A DNA stretch of 64,000 nt from Phoronis australis (Eukaryota > Animalia > Phoronida): NCBI GenBank assembly GCA_002633005.1, contig NMRA01000190.1:670522-734521 (forward strand). The letters run 5' to 3'. Position numbers and translations under genes: made by a program. Positions 14,301-25,839 of the stretch are shown piece by piece (position 1 is the first letter of the stretch; each line of letters begins with the position of its first letter). The notes below the pieces were generated by a model. The model saw nothing but the letters and a program-made list of their open reading frames with translations. It did no database searches and was not told the origin of the DNA.

Positions 14301-17300
14301 TTTCAAAGGACAATAGCTACACAAGGCAATTGGTCACAACAGAATGAAATCTCCCTCCCTCCCCCTCCCTCTCTCTTCGAATCTTTCTTCATTACAGAAC
14401 CTGCACCACCCCTCTTTACATACCACAAAGGTAGTGACAGTACCTTTATGTAAGTAAATAAGCAGTCTCCCAGGGATATGCAAAGGCCTGAAAAGCACTG
14501 TCGCCAGCTGGGCAAGTAAGTCAGACAATCAAGTCACCCAGCCCAAAGTTAGGTTGCTTGGCTTTCGAAATAGTAAGCTTTTCAGGCATCTAAAGCATCG
14601 TTTCGCATTAACACTCCTGTCAAAAGTGCTGCCAAAACGTTAATCAAGTCATTTATTTATTGTGCAGATGCTGCCAGCTATTCAGATGGTCATATACTAA
14701 GTGAGAGTTCCTATCTAATTACACGGTGAGAGATTCCTTGCAATACAGACCATACATCCATATCTAATTGTACAGTGAGAGATTCCTTGCAATACAGACC
14801 ATACATCCCTATCCAATTGCATGGTGAGAGATTCCTTGCAATACAGACCATGCATCAAACATAACCTTTGCTTCAAACACTGACCTAAATTCTAAAACCT
14901 ATCAAGGTCTCTGGAGCCACACTGTGACTGAGGGCAGATGTGATGTATTCGTGGATACTTTGTTTTGAGTAACGTGATAGAGAAAAATTCCTTGTGCTCC
15001 TCACTAAAACGCTGATGCCATGGCAACTGAAATACATGTTCAAAATGCACCCCGGCAGTTCTTTTATTTTAAAAAACATTTTCATCATCGCTGCCTGACT
15101 TTTAGGAAATGTTCCGTGCCACTACCTTTTCAAAAATAAACTTATATTACAGAGTGAAAGTTTGTGGTGGACTATAGTCTTGGTATGCACCGTTTCCAAC
15201 AACATGACTGCACTGTGAGCCTGCTTACTAGTAGGATTACAATGTCGCCGTAGATCTATATCACAATTCAGACGCAACAGCAAGTGGGACACAAAATTTC
15301 GTTTCCACAGCTTCAATGCTTTGGAAATGAACAAAATTATATGAGAAACTTGCTTAACCCTGTCCACAACAAAGCTAATGTCCAAGTACAAACATTACAA
15401 CGAAAAGGACCTCACATAAAAATAACACGCTTAACTGCTCTGAAATTTCGTACACTTCCTGGGCGATCAGCCAGTGAAGTTTAAGTCACCTTTTTAGTCG
15501 CTTTAGTGACTGAGTGAGTGGCTAAGTATATCCCCGGGTTTTGTCAATTAACACCCAGTCTGACTAGAAAACAGGCACCCAGACGATATAGTCAGCTTCA
15601 ACAAAAGACTAGCTGTAAATAGGTTGCCCCAGGTTTACCACCAGCCTATTCACACTTCACTACATACAAGGCTGAAAGCTGTGCTTATGGCATGTGATAT
15701 CACCACAATCTTCAATAGCATTTTGTTGATTGTCATTGCCATGGTGATCATCACCATGACAGCTGTGATACCTGCTGCTATGACTCCCACAAGGACATGT
15801 AGAATCAGTTGGATAGGGTAGTTCCACGCCCCAATCACCAACACCACCCCATAAGGCTCTCTGTAAATGATGGGCGTGTCTAAGGGGCCTGACATGTAGT
15901 TCTTCTTAACCTGAAGAGAGACAAATATTGTGTAAAATTCACGCAACTCCGAGTGCTTAAGTCGGATGTTCACTCAACGTAGACAAAGTTCCATGGCACA
16001 GTCATTCTAGTTTGTGCACTTGGCCCTTCATACAAGTTGGATTTCGCCTTACTCAGAAAAAAATCTCAGTATCGTTAGATCTGACTTATGCAAGTTTTAC
16101 TGTAACAAGAAAACTTACGAAGTGAAACAAAAAAAAAATGCAAACTAGAGAATAGGTGAGTACTGAGGATTTTCCAAAGAGCCATCACGGCCATCAAGCC
16201 CCATGGGGACTTTTCTGTTTTCTACTCCTGGCACAGGGCCAAGGTATGGAAAATACTGCAAAATATCATTAGTTTCTCAACTTTGGTCCTTCATGTGCTT
16301 AAAACCATAAATTTCGTATCAAAAACACAACTCCCGCCTGTTGATTAGTTATCAAATTAAAACATCCAAAAACAGTCTGAAGATGTGTTCATTAGCTGAC
16401 TTCGAGTTACAGGCATTAATTGGTTGACACATACTATGTAGAATCGGAATAAAAAATAACAGCAATAGACATTTTACACTTTTTTTAGTATGAAAAGTTG
16501 TCCAATATTGCTGCTCGTTTTCCCATGGTTTATGGCGGTTTATGGTATATTAAAGAATGGCAAGGCATTGAGTTTGTGGCGGTTCTGAGATTTCAGTATT
16601 TGACCACGCTGTGGCTCTTCGATTTCCCATAGGACATAAGAGAAGTGCTGACATGGCAGAAGTTTGAACAAGAAACTTGCATATGAGACAAGACCGTGAA
16701 ACAAGCTACGCTGGCGGACTCACTGATTTGCTCTGATCATCTTGTCTGGGGTTCACAAAGGTGCATGTACTTTAGAATATATGACTGAAAGTGTGGAAAG
16801 GTCATAATAACAAATAACATTCATCTTCCTAAAAGTAAGCATTCCAAATGTCGCATCCCTGCAGTCTTTGACAGCTAGCCTTGTGTTTGTTTATTTCCCC
16901 CACCCCATGCAAGTAGCTGATGATGTTTTTCTCGATGTAAGTCCGACTAAATAAGTTTTAATCGTTAAATGTATTTGATAGGTATTATTTCCCTTTTTGT
17001 CTTTTCTTATTATAGCACTGTATAATTTGGAATTAATTCACCAATGATACGTTTTCCTCATTGGTCAGTTCTCATTCCTGTTTCATATTGTCCAGTTGTA
17101 AACTGTGCAACTCGACTCAACACTTGTTGCGTGTTTCTACATTTTTCCCACCCCCACTCTCAGGGTCTAATTGCAGGCTGTCTGGTGCATGTTGTACCAG
17201 ACATACGCAGGCCGCTTGGGTGGGCCCATTGCACTGATCACCTGCAACCATTTTTATGCTTTCTAAATGACAGTTAAAACCAAGCTGAGGAGCTAGAGAC

Positions 17301-20026
17301 CTGACACAAGGGTCTAGCAATGTGCTCCACTGAGACTTGAACCCACAACCTTCTATAAAGGAAGTGTATACTTACCCCACTAGGCCACACTGTCTTCTCT
17401 CTGTTAGACTGTTCGGGCAATATTCTTCATTGTTGTTTTTTGCATGTATTCTAATTTTTGCTAGTCTTTCTTATCATATGTCTACTCGTATTATTAACTG
17501 TTCATTATAGTCTTATATTTGCTCATGGTATCCTGTGTTGTGACATTCTAGTCGGGGCTTTATGTTTGCACACGCCTCCGGGAGTTTTTTCCTTCTGTTC
17601 ATCTTACAGGATCTATGGATCTATTGTAATTTTTATTCTCATCTTAATAATGACATTTTTCACCCATCTATTTCTAGTTTTACTCTGCAACATTGCTTGG
17701 AGCATAACTCAGGCAAAATAGATTCTTATAAATTATTATCTGATGGCTTCAACAACTACAAAACGTATTAAAAAATTTGATGTCACTGTGAGATCAGGGA
17801 ATTTAGTTTTATATGACTTACTACGACACATCACGACAAGTTTGAAATGTCAGATGTGTGCACTGTGTAAATTATTTGAAAATTTTCACCAGTGTTGGAG
17901 GTGTAGAAACTGTTAGCAACTTAATGATTGAGACGTACAAACTATCAAAAACAAAACAGACACAACACACAGAGAAACAAATACACATTAATACATACAA
18001 GTGTGAATTACTACAACAATATTAGATTTTCAAATAGCAACTTGGCAACTGGTCACGTGAAACTGGATACCACTGGCTTTTAGAGGACGGGAAGGTTTTT
18101 ATCACCTTTGTTTATTATTCTGTGTACTTACATACACTGTAAAATGGTCTATTCACAAAGTCAAACTGTTCCCCTATGCCACTGTCTGCAAAGACAAAGT
18201 AACTTTTGGTTCCCTTAGGTGGTGATATACGTCACTGGTCCCATGTGATCAACCCCCATTGGTTCCTGAAAGTCTCCTATTACTCTACATTGTAGTTTCA
18301 AACTTACATATTCTGGCTTGGTCCATTCATCCAGATTGTTCAAGGCATATGCAACTTCTCCCTGGGCAAAGCCAATCTCAAATAGGAATGACTCTTGTTT
18401 ATGCTGAAATTACAAATATAAACATTCAATGTATCTACCTGTGATTTTCCTTAGGGTTACTTTGTCTGGTTCATTTTTTTAGCTCACATAGTGTGGAAGA
18501 CATAACATGTAGCAACATGGCTGTTCTAACTCCAAAATAAAAATCTAGCTTCACATAAGCTTTAAGATACATATCACACTCCGTGAATGGCTGAAAATCG
18601 AATATCGAATGAGTTGCATTTTACTCCAATACTTCCATTACTTAGAACATCAAAACCATCGCCAACCCAAGAAAACGCTTCCAGAATTTATTTGAGTTGA
18701 CCAACCCTAAAATTTAATGAAAAACGGCACATGCATGCATTGCTTGTGAACCGAGTTGGTATTAATTCAGGTTCAGATGAACCTGGTAATAGCTTTAAAC
18801 CTGAAAGTGCTTCAGTTAAGAATTCAACATGGGCGACAGCTAACCAGGGACAAAATGCAGGTTTAAATAATAGACAAGTCAGCTTGTGAATTCCTTGAAG
18901 TGCAGATTTATTTTTTGTTTCTCGTAACTTTGTCGATTTCCTTAGTACCTATACACACCCTCTAATCAAAAAAGGTACTAAAACTTTTTTTACCATCCAA
19001 ACATATACTAGTAGTTTGCAACAGAATTTAAAGAGCTCAAAGTATGTTTTTCAAATTTTTATTCATCACCTAAGATGGAACATTATACACCTGCAGTTGA
19101 CAGTCACAATTTCATTTCAAACTGTACATAAAGAAAATGTCACCCATTCCACACAAAAGTAATCACTCGAAAGTTCTCTTACTGTTGTGGATGCCCACAT
19201 TTCTTCAAAATATTGTCCATTTGTAAATATGGTATAGAGTAAAAAAGTGTCGGTAATTTGGTGCAACATACCGTTTATGAAATAATGAAAAATTACATAA
19301 CACATGTCTGCCATGTGTCCTAAGTTGGTGAGATTTTACAGGATTTCAGACCTATGTATACGTATGCAAGGACAGGATAATGAAATAGTGGAAATAATAC
19401 ATTCAACCCCATAACGGGCTTAAAAAGTGCAGCATGTTTAGACAGTAATACAATGATTAGAACACCTATGTATTGATTGGTTGTAAACAATGAAAACAGA
19501 TATGCCACTAAGAGACCTTCAGCAATTAAGATCAGTTGGTGAACGCAGGTCTCAAAATGAATCGGGTAGAGACCAGAACCAAGTATACTTTTTAGCTTTA
19601 CGCGTATCGTTGAAATAAACAACACGTTTGTATTCATAATTTAACACTGGCAGAATGAATACATTTTGAGCAACAAAGCAAAGGAAGCAATCCTACTGCT
19701 TTACAATGAAAATATATGCGTTTATTCAAAGGGCTCTTTCAATTGTTTAATGTGCATCACAATGTATTCCACACTAAAGGCAGGGCAATAACAGTAGTCA
19801 TTAGTCATGCTACCATGTGACTGTCATCTAGGCATTGCCATTATGAGAATTGTCCATCATTGGGTGGGTTAGTGACAAATACCTTGTGCAAGTCTTTGTA
19901 AAGAGCATCAGCCATGTCTTCCTGACATTCACAGAGCATCTTGTGAAGCGCCCTCAGTTGTTGTTCTCTCCACTCAATGCGCCGGGTTCGACCCGTCTTG
20001 AACACGGTCCGCATGTCATTGACAAG
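2333..20026 (-). CDS. ALDH3A2: Class-3 aldehyde dehydrogenase (ALDH3A2/fatty aldehyde dehydrogenase-like), spliced gene with 13 reconstructed coding exons; start exon unresolved
   Basis: Exons join in frame (1509 nt including stop, counting the duplicated exon pair once), each with GT-AG ends. Motifs: [27 protein letters not shown] (NAD binding), TLEMGGKSP (catalytic Glu), GQTCIAPDY (catalytic Cys), EIFGP, EKPLA, PFGGVGxSG, RYPP, then a hydrophobic C-terminal tail. The gene symbol is a family-level assignment. Confidence 0.93.
2905..3040 (-). CDS. ALDH3A2: ALDH3 exon [45 protein letters not shown] (start of membrane anchor)
   Basis: tgtag acceptor, gtagga donor, 136 nt, phase 2/0; RYPP motif followed by a basic then hydrophobic stretch, as in microsomal FALDH. 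Confidence 0.88.
3380..3512 (-). CDS. ALDH3A2: ALDH3 exon [44 protein letters not shown](S)
   Basis: ccag acceptor, gttggt donor, 133 nt, phase 1/2; PFGGVG.SG and TFSH motifs. Confidence 0.92.
3645..5423 (+). mobile_element. Non-autonomous DNA transposon (Harbinger/ISL2EU-like) with degenerate THAP remnant and nested repeats
   Basis: Imperfect TIRs TAGACCCTATTCACGC..CCAAAACGAGGCTCGCTACGATA vs TATCGCAGTGAGCCTCGCTTTGG..GCGTGAATAGAGTCTA; about 3777-3836 translates [19 protein letters not shown] (THAP-like F.FPKD...R..W..AIRR). Confidence 0.65.
6119..6234 (-). CDS. ALDH3A2: ALDH3 exon [38 protein letters not shown]
   Basis: caacag acceptor, gtgagc donor, 116 nt, phase 2/1; EKPLA.Y.FS and TSSG...VND motifs. 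Confidence 0.92.
6643..6802. repeat. 83-bp-period tandem duplication of an ALDH3 exon end plus its splice donor
   Basis: 6643-6719 is nearly identical to 6726-6802. Confidence 0.9.
6756..6826 (-). CDS. ALDH3A2: ALDH3 exon [23 protein letters not shown](R)
   Basis: ttcccag acceptor, gtacag donor, 71 nt, phase 0/2; completes EIFGP. Confidence 0.92.
8511..9318. mobile_element. PIF/Harbinger-type MITE
   Basis: TIR GGGCTGTTCCAG(T/C)AAAA.. at both ends; TTA target duplication (8508-8510, 9319-9321). Confidence 0.8.
9397..9526 (-). CDS. ALDH3A2: ALDH3 exon [43 protein letters not shown]
   Basis: cccag acceptor, gtaagg donor, 130 nt, phase 2/0 (inside ORF 9340..9618). Confidence 0.92.
10551..10654 (-). 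CDS. ALDH3A2: ALDH3 exon [34 protein letters not shown](F)
   Basis: tcatag acceptor, gtgagt donor, 104 nt, phase 0/2. Confidence 0.9.
11090..11222. other. Assembly gap (N run) within CT-rich low-complexity sequence
   Basis: N run flanked by C/T-rich tracts at about 11010-11320. Confidence 0.98.
11343..11472 (-). CDS. ALDH3A2: ALDH3 exon (S)[43 protein letters not shown] with catalytic Cys
   Basis: ttttcag acceptor, gtaggt donor, 130 nt, phase 2/0; WGKF.N.GQTC.APDY signature. Confidence 0.93.
12009..12172 (-). CDS. ALDH3A2: ALDH3 exon with NAD-binding YTGSSTVG and catalytic Glu (TLEMGGK)
   Basis: tttcag acceptor, gtaat donor, 164 nt, phase 0/2. Confidence 0.9.
12594..12679 (-). CDS. ALDH3A2: ALDH3 exon (G)[28 protein letters not shown]
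   Basis: gttag acceptor, gtgagt donor, 86 nt, phase 1/0; KPSE motif. Confidence 0.88.
13489..13652 (-). CDS. ALDH3A2: ALDH3 exon [54 protein letters not shown](S), copy in second duplicated segment
   Basis: 164 nt; differs from 12009-12172 by two synonymous changes that I could see. Confidence 0.75.
14085..14170 (-). CDS. ALDH3A2: ALDH3 exon (G)[28 protein letters not shown], copy in second duplicated segment
   Basis: gttag acceptor, gtgagt donor, 86 nt; same coding sequence as 12594-12679. Confidence 0.75.
14711..14856. repeat. Minisatellite, about 3 copies of a ~49-bp unit
   Basis: (aatt..a..gtgagagattccttgcaatacagaccatacatcc)x3. Confidence 0.85.
15772..15910 (-). CDS. ALDH3A2: ALDH3 exon: [46 protein letters not shown](G)
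   Basis: cttcag acceptor, gtatc donor, 139 nt, phase 0/1; EPYGV and WNYP motifs (inside ORF 15650..15973). Confidence 0.93.
17090..17390 (-). mobile_element. tRNA-headed SINE-like element (degenerate)
   Basis: Minus strand has a Pol III A-box-like TGGCCTAGTGG and a B-box-like GGTTCAAGTCT at tRNA spacing, followed by a GC-richer body; 3' boundary approximate. Confidence 0.45.
18308..18403 (-). CDS. ALDH3A2: ALDH3 exon: [32 protein letters not shown]
   Basis: tttcag acceptor, gtaagt donor, 96 nt, phase 0/0. Confidence 0.9.
19883..20026 (-). CDS. ALDH3A2: ALDH3 exon: [48 protein letters not shown]
   Basis: tttag acceptor, gtat donor, 144 nt, phase 0/0; resembles the ALDH3 N-terminal helices (F..GR.R....R..QL...DL.K). 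Confidence 0.9.
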
Positions 20027-20249
20027 CTAAATAACATAAGTAAGAAACTTTTCAGTCTCCCAGTAGTAGTAGCTTAATCAAAAATTAAATAGAATATCGA
20101 AACTAAGGACTCACCTTTAGCCATGTTAAATGTGAGTTTCAGTGGACTTCAGCACGTACAAGATTTGAAGCCAGGGGTATTGATTGTGAGAAGGACTGGT
20201 TTAGTAGAGATGTAAATGAGGCAATACAAGTCAATAATAGAGAAACCAT

Positions 20250-20872
20250 ATTACCTCTAGTTATTTTAAAGCAATATTACCTCTAGTTCTTTTAATACCC
20301 ATATAGATCCTTTATTTAAGACTACACAGATTCTCAAAATTAAGGACTTGTATGTTGTAGCTATTGTTAAATTTTTCTACAAATATGTTCATAATTACTT
20401 ACCTTCATTTTTCAACATGTTCAATTTAATTACCCGTGGTCTGTTCATGAATATAACACTAGAAAACGACATCTTCTACAAGCTCCCCGTTGTACTAAAT
20501 CATTTGCTGAAGAATCAGTTCGCAATGCCCTACCTCATATAATTAATAACCTTCCTGAAAGTGTCTCCCAAAAACTGATTACCCATTCATTATCCGCTGT
20601 TATAAATTATTTCAAAAATGTTTGTTTTGAAAGTTATGAACTTGAGTGCACTATTCCCAACTGCTTTGTGTGTAACTATCTTCGATAATCTCTCCTAGTC
20701 TTCTCACAAGTAGTTTTAAATTACATAATCACTTAATTATTGTAATTCTGATTACCTGTAACACTGTATTTTTTTATTCTCTGGTGGCTCCGTGGTCAGA
20801 GGACCTTTCGGAGTCTCCATAAGCGTAAATCTGCATCAAGTGTATTTTAGTCTTCATGTGAATAAAGTGTAT

Positions 20873-20907
<35 letters not shown>
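20250..20907 (+). mobile_element. 5'-truncated CR1/L2-group LINE 3' end with (TAC)n tail
   Basis: Frameshifted translation HIDPLFKTTQILKIKDLY...FFYKYVHNYLPSFF...HEYNTR...CTIPNCFVC* typical of CR1/L2-group ORF2 C-termini; AATAAA at 20861, then (TAC)n at 20873-20906. Confidence 0.75.
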
Positions 20908-21124
20908 ATTTGTAAACTCTCACATATTGGGCATGACCATAGTCGATCCACAGCAACGCTTGACAAAAGTGCCATCTATCGATCAAAAACAATAGATAAG
21001 TTGAAGTCTGTAAGATGCGGTTTAAAGGTAATTAAATGTTAGTTCTAAGTTCCAGTACTTGATTTAATTTTCATTTAAGCTAAATAACAGACAACAAACC
21101 TACCCCATCCAAAGTATGTTAAAG

Positions 21125-23141
21125 GATAGTAGCTAAAACAGTCACAAAACTCGAGCATTTGTGGAATGCATTCTTTCAGTCTATCCCTGTTGTAGTTGCT
21201 GAAAGTTGCATTGACATTTCCAAGCTTCCAACCAACCGGAATCATGATATCAGAATTTTACCTTTCAATCAATATGAATGTCCGCGTGTTGGTTTGTTTG
21301 TTTCATTGTTCTTAGTGCCTTGAACTGAAGACTTGAACAAAAACACTGAAATTTTATTGACTCAATTGTAAACTGCTCATGAATATATTCTACTATAGTA
21401 ATATCATCTTGGGGATATTTCTAAAACAGTCTATTGGGCTTTTTGTCTTGGCTAAAAATCAGTCTATGGATGGCTTAACCTGTTTCTAGAAATCAAGTTA
21501 AAGCTAAAAGTCAGAGAATCCGTCCACAACTCAATGCCAAAATCAGTAGCCTGCTCGAATTCAGACTAAAACCCTAGGTCAAAGACAAAAATCAACTTCT
21601 GGCCATAGACTGTTTTAGAAACAGGCCACTGTGCTACACTAACTCTTAGCTGTGCAAATCAGTTGCCAACTCAGTATCATCGACACTACTCAAACTTAGC
21701 ACAGAAAGGCAACCAAGTAATTGCTTCTGTTATCCTCCAAATTCATAAGAAGGAACTCTTAGTGGCCAGGTGGGAAAATAAAGAGGTGACGATTGAGGCG
21801 TGAAAAAGTCAAGGAATTAAAGCTGTGTTTTGCCCTGGCATGCAAAACGGGGTACATGTACGCATACAGTAACTAGTGGGATAGCCAGGATTATAGCTAC
21901 CTGGGGTAGAAGAAAGTTGTGTCATATCAAACCTCCCCCAGCTGCTACTCATTTTGCCCCGCTCCTGGCCGATCGTCATTATCATTGGCCATCTCTCCCC
22001 TCTCGTCACCAATTTTTTCCTTCCTCTGTTATTTATACACTATAGTCACTACCAAGCCATTTTCACCCCATAGAGTTCCATTTTGTTTTCCTATTCCCTG
22101 TGCTGTGACTATTGATGTGCACAGACACTGCATNGATAGTAGCTAAAACAGTCACAAAACTCGAGAATTTGTGGAATGCATTCTTTCAGTCTATCCCTGT
22201 TGTAGTTGCTGCAAGTTGCATTGACATTTCCAAGCTTCCAACCAACCGAAATCATGATATCAGAATTTTACCTTTCAATCAATATGAATGTCCGCGTGTT
22301 GGTTTGTTTGTTTCATTGTTCTTAGTGCCTTGAACTGAAGACTTGAACAGAAACACTGAAATTTTATTGACTCAATTGTAAACTGCTCATGAATATATTC
22401 TACTATAGTAATATCATCTTGGGGATATTTCTAAAACATTCTATTGGGCTTTTTGTCTTGGCTAAAAATCAGTCTATGGATGGCTTAACCTGTTTCTAGA
22501 AATCAAGTTAAAGCTAAAAGTCAGAGAATCCGTCCACAACTCAATGCCAAAATCAGTAGCCTGCTCGAATTCAGACTAAAACCCTAGGTCAAAGACAAAA
22601 ATCAACTTCTGGCCATAGACTGTTTTAGAAACAGGCCACTGTGCTACACTAACTCTTAGCTGTGCAAATCAGTTGCCAACTCAGTATCATCGACACTACT
22701 CAAACTTAGCACAGAAAGGCAACCAAGTAATTGCTTCTGTTATCCTCCAAATTCATAAGAAGGAACTCTTAGTGGCCAGGTGGGAAAATAAAGAGGTGAC
22801 GATTGAGGCGTGAAAAAGTCAAGGAATTAAAGCTGTGTTTTGCCCTGGCATGCAAAACGGGGTACATGTACGCATACAGTAACTAGTGGGATAGCCAGGA
22901 TTATAGCTACCTGGGGTAGAAGAAAGTTGTGTCATATCAAACCTCCCCCAGCTGCTACTCATTTTGCCCCGCTCCTGGCCGATCGTCATTATCATAGGCC
23001 ATCTGTCCCCTCTCGTCACCAATTTTTTCCTTCCTCTGTTATTTATACACTATAGTCACTACCAAGCCATTTTCACCCCATAGAGTTCCATTTTGTTTTC
23101 CTATTCCCTGTGCTGTGACTATTGATGTGCACAGACACTGC
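21125..23141. repeat. About 1.0-kb tandem duplication joined by a single N (22134); probable haplotype/assembly artefact
   Basis: 21125-22131 vs 22135-23141 are near identical. Confidence 0.9.
21412..21626. mobile_element. Short MITE-like element (second copy about 22421-22636)
   Basis: Inverted ends tttctaaaacagtctat / atagactgttttagaaa. Confidence 0.5.
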
Positions 23142-25839
23142 CTATTTCTGCTATCATTTTAACTTCACCAGCTTTGATATGAGTCTTATGTGTTACGTTA
23201 GTGCTTATTGTGCTCTTGGAACTAATGCTTCATGTTGTGGAGTTGAGCTTAGTGCCTTCCATGATGATAGACCTATGTCTGTATTGTGATAACGCAGTGA
23301 TTAGGGCCCAATTATGTGCGGCATGTGCTAGCGACATGTACGTCTATTGTGACTATGTTTGTGACTATTCCTTATTAGGACCATTACTGGTGAACATTAA
23401 CCAATTACTTGACTGACAATTGCGCCACCAACCGTGATTTGTCACTGAGAATAACGGTGACATTGCCTGACAATTGTTGTTGCCTTCCTGACAATAGTAC
23501 AGGTCACAGGCTTAATTGATTGTGACCCCCTTCTTGGGCATTGCTCATTGCTTAATGCACTGTACTTTGTAATATTGACAATGACTCTCCTAGATATATA
23601 CATGGACTTTGTGCAGTTTAGGCACTGATGTTGTGAAGCTCTGGAGTTGTCTCCCATATAAAAATGACGGCAATGTCCAATGAGAAGTTTGCACATGGCT
23701 CGGTGTTCCAGAAAAAGTGTCTGCTTCCTTCCTCTTTGTGTTTTAAAACAAGCAAGTCAGCTATTTGTACAATTCGCATCTTTGGTAAGTGTTTAACAAT
23801 GTTTTTGTCACTTCTTATCCTAGATTTCCTACACTGATCAGCTGATGACTGGTTTGATCAGATGATTGATACAGACTTTTACCCATAAATATGTCTACTA
23901 TTACGCTGTGCCAAATAACAACCTGAACTCACAAGACATGGCAAAGCCCAATGCACTACTGCCTTCTTAACTTCTGGTGTACACTAGAGGAATGGACATG
24001 CTAACTGATCGAACAAAGCATGCTAAGCCTAAGGCCAGAATCTGACCATGGTCTAGCCAGCCAGCTAGCTGTATGAAGACTATCGTCAAAATACAGCTAG
24101 GTACCACTGTGTGTTTTTCTTCTATAGACCCCGAAATTGCACACAGCCAGGGTAGTTCTGCTCGCCACCTCATCGTGAAACCTATATCAACATGTAGAGC
24201 TAAAGACCGGACGAGGTGCATGCAAAATCTAGGAATCAAACGACACTCACCGTTACAGCCGTTTAAGTGGAAAACAATTTAATAAACGTCATTACGAATG
24301 GACGGCAGTTTTCGGCATCGTGACTTTACGCGACAAACTGGCAATTTCCGTACCGTCCTTGACCTCGAGCCGTCCAAGATGGAAATGTGTTTGTGAACAT
24401 TTTTGTTTGACTGTGAATTTCTTACGAAGTCGCCGGAACAGGACACCGTGAATGGTATTGGAAGAAAGAACAATTGCCAATGGTTTGTTGAAACCTTGTT
24501 TTGTGTAAATTTATTGAGATTTATGTTACCTATGGAGGGCTGAAGTGAAGCACCCGTGGAATTTCTAGTCGGGAGTGTCATACATTGTAGTATTATATGT
24601 AGTGTATTGGGGACGATCAGAAGCTGAGGACGCCTGTGGTTCCCGGTAGCCATGTCCATATGATTTTGAAGAGGGACCCGTTTACTTTTACCGCTAGCTG
24701 GCTGGCCACCCATGGCCACGCACGGCCGGGTGACAATCCAGATTCAGAAGCAATGTAATCATTAAATCAGGAATAATTTGCAATCACTAGATGCTGACGT
24801 AATCCACAAACCTTTTCATAGCTATTGGCCATCGTTCTCGACCTCCTTCGTTAACAAGGTATTAGAGTCTGCAGTCCAGTCCAAAAGTCCACTCAAAACA
24901 CGGAAATGCACTTGTACCATCTGTTGGATAATGGTGAAATTAGAAATTCAGGCCATTCAGCCAGCAGCGCCACCTATGACCTATGTTGTCAACCTCAAGA
25001 GTTCGCGTCTCCGTCTCCGATTGACCTCATTACCAGGGGATTCTCCTCTGAGCGCAGTTGTACAGGCGGCCCAAAACTTGTGTGGGGCAGGGACTGTCAT
25101 GTGGACCTTTTGTTCAAGAAAACTATAGGTGGACTAAGAAAAAAAACACTATTCCGTCCGAGCCCCTCCCCTCCGGTCCGCTCTTGCTACCGGACCTAGT
25201 TACTGAAGAACGCGATGTTTCCTCACGCTTCGCTGCTGTAGTTTCATTTTGCTCCCGACAGCCAACTCATCTATATGGGAGCAGATGAATTACCTTTCAT
25301 CCCTCTTAGTGTCTGGTGTCACTCGATCAGCACTGACTGAACCCTATAATATGGACTGATCTATCCCTAAAGTACACTACACTACGTGCATATCGGGGAT
25401 CACTACTGGCCGCTCTTACCACGTGATTTTTACTCAGATTCTCCATTTTTGCTCGCCAGTTACTATATCCCTCTCACTTCCACCCCTAGTTTTACCTCCA
25501 TCTCATATCGTATTTATCCCTTTTTATGTGCTCATTGTATTTCACTATCTATTCCACATTTTTGTAATTTTCATAAGTACGGTTTTTACCGACTTGTTGC
25601 GCTTATGCTTTTTATTATTTATCGCCTATTGTGCATTGTTTCAGTATCATGGTAACGTAGCTGCGAAGATCCACCTGATCTCCCACTTTTTCCACCACAT
25701 ACATGGGTCAGTCGAACATAAAAAATTCCCACCGGAAATACAGCCTCTTCGATGCAGTTGTGTTATAGAAGCTCAGTGCAGATATAAAGGATGTTTGTCT
25801 TCATTTTCGTTTTTAGCAACTTTATTCCTTGGCTTTTAA

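Larger units (their letters stand above)
11745..14714. repeat. About 1.48-kb tandem duplication joined by a single N (13224); probable haplotype/assembly artefact
   Basis: 11745-13223 vs 13225-14714 are near identical, with a few SNPs and small indels. Confidence 0.9.

Noticed and set aside
11745-14714. Mutually exclusive or tandem duplicated ALDH3 exons as a biological novelty
   Set aside because: Single-N junction, allelic-level divergence and identical protein sequence point to an assembly artefact
15650-15771. In-frame hydrophobic extension [14 protein letters not shown].. after the WNYP exon
   Set aside because: Intron read-through past a GT donor; the correct continuation [10 protein letters not shown] lies in the next exon
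24279-25288. Several 100-146 aa ORFs in a CpG-richer region
   Set aside because: No domain similarity or exon chain evident; partly repeat-derived and more plausibly promoter or 5' UTR sequence
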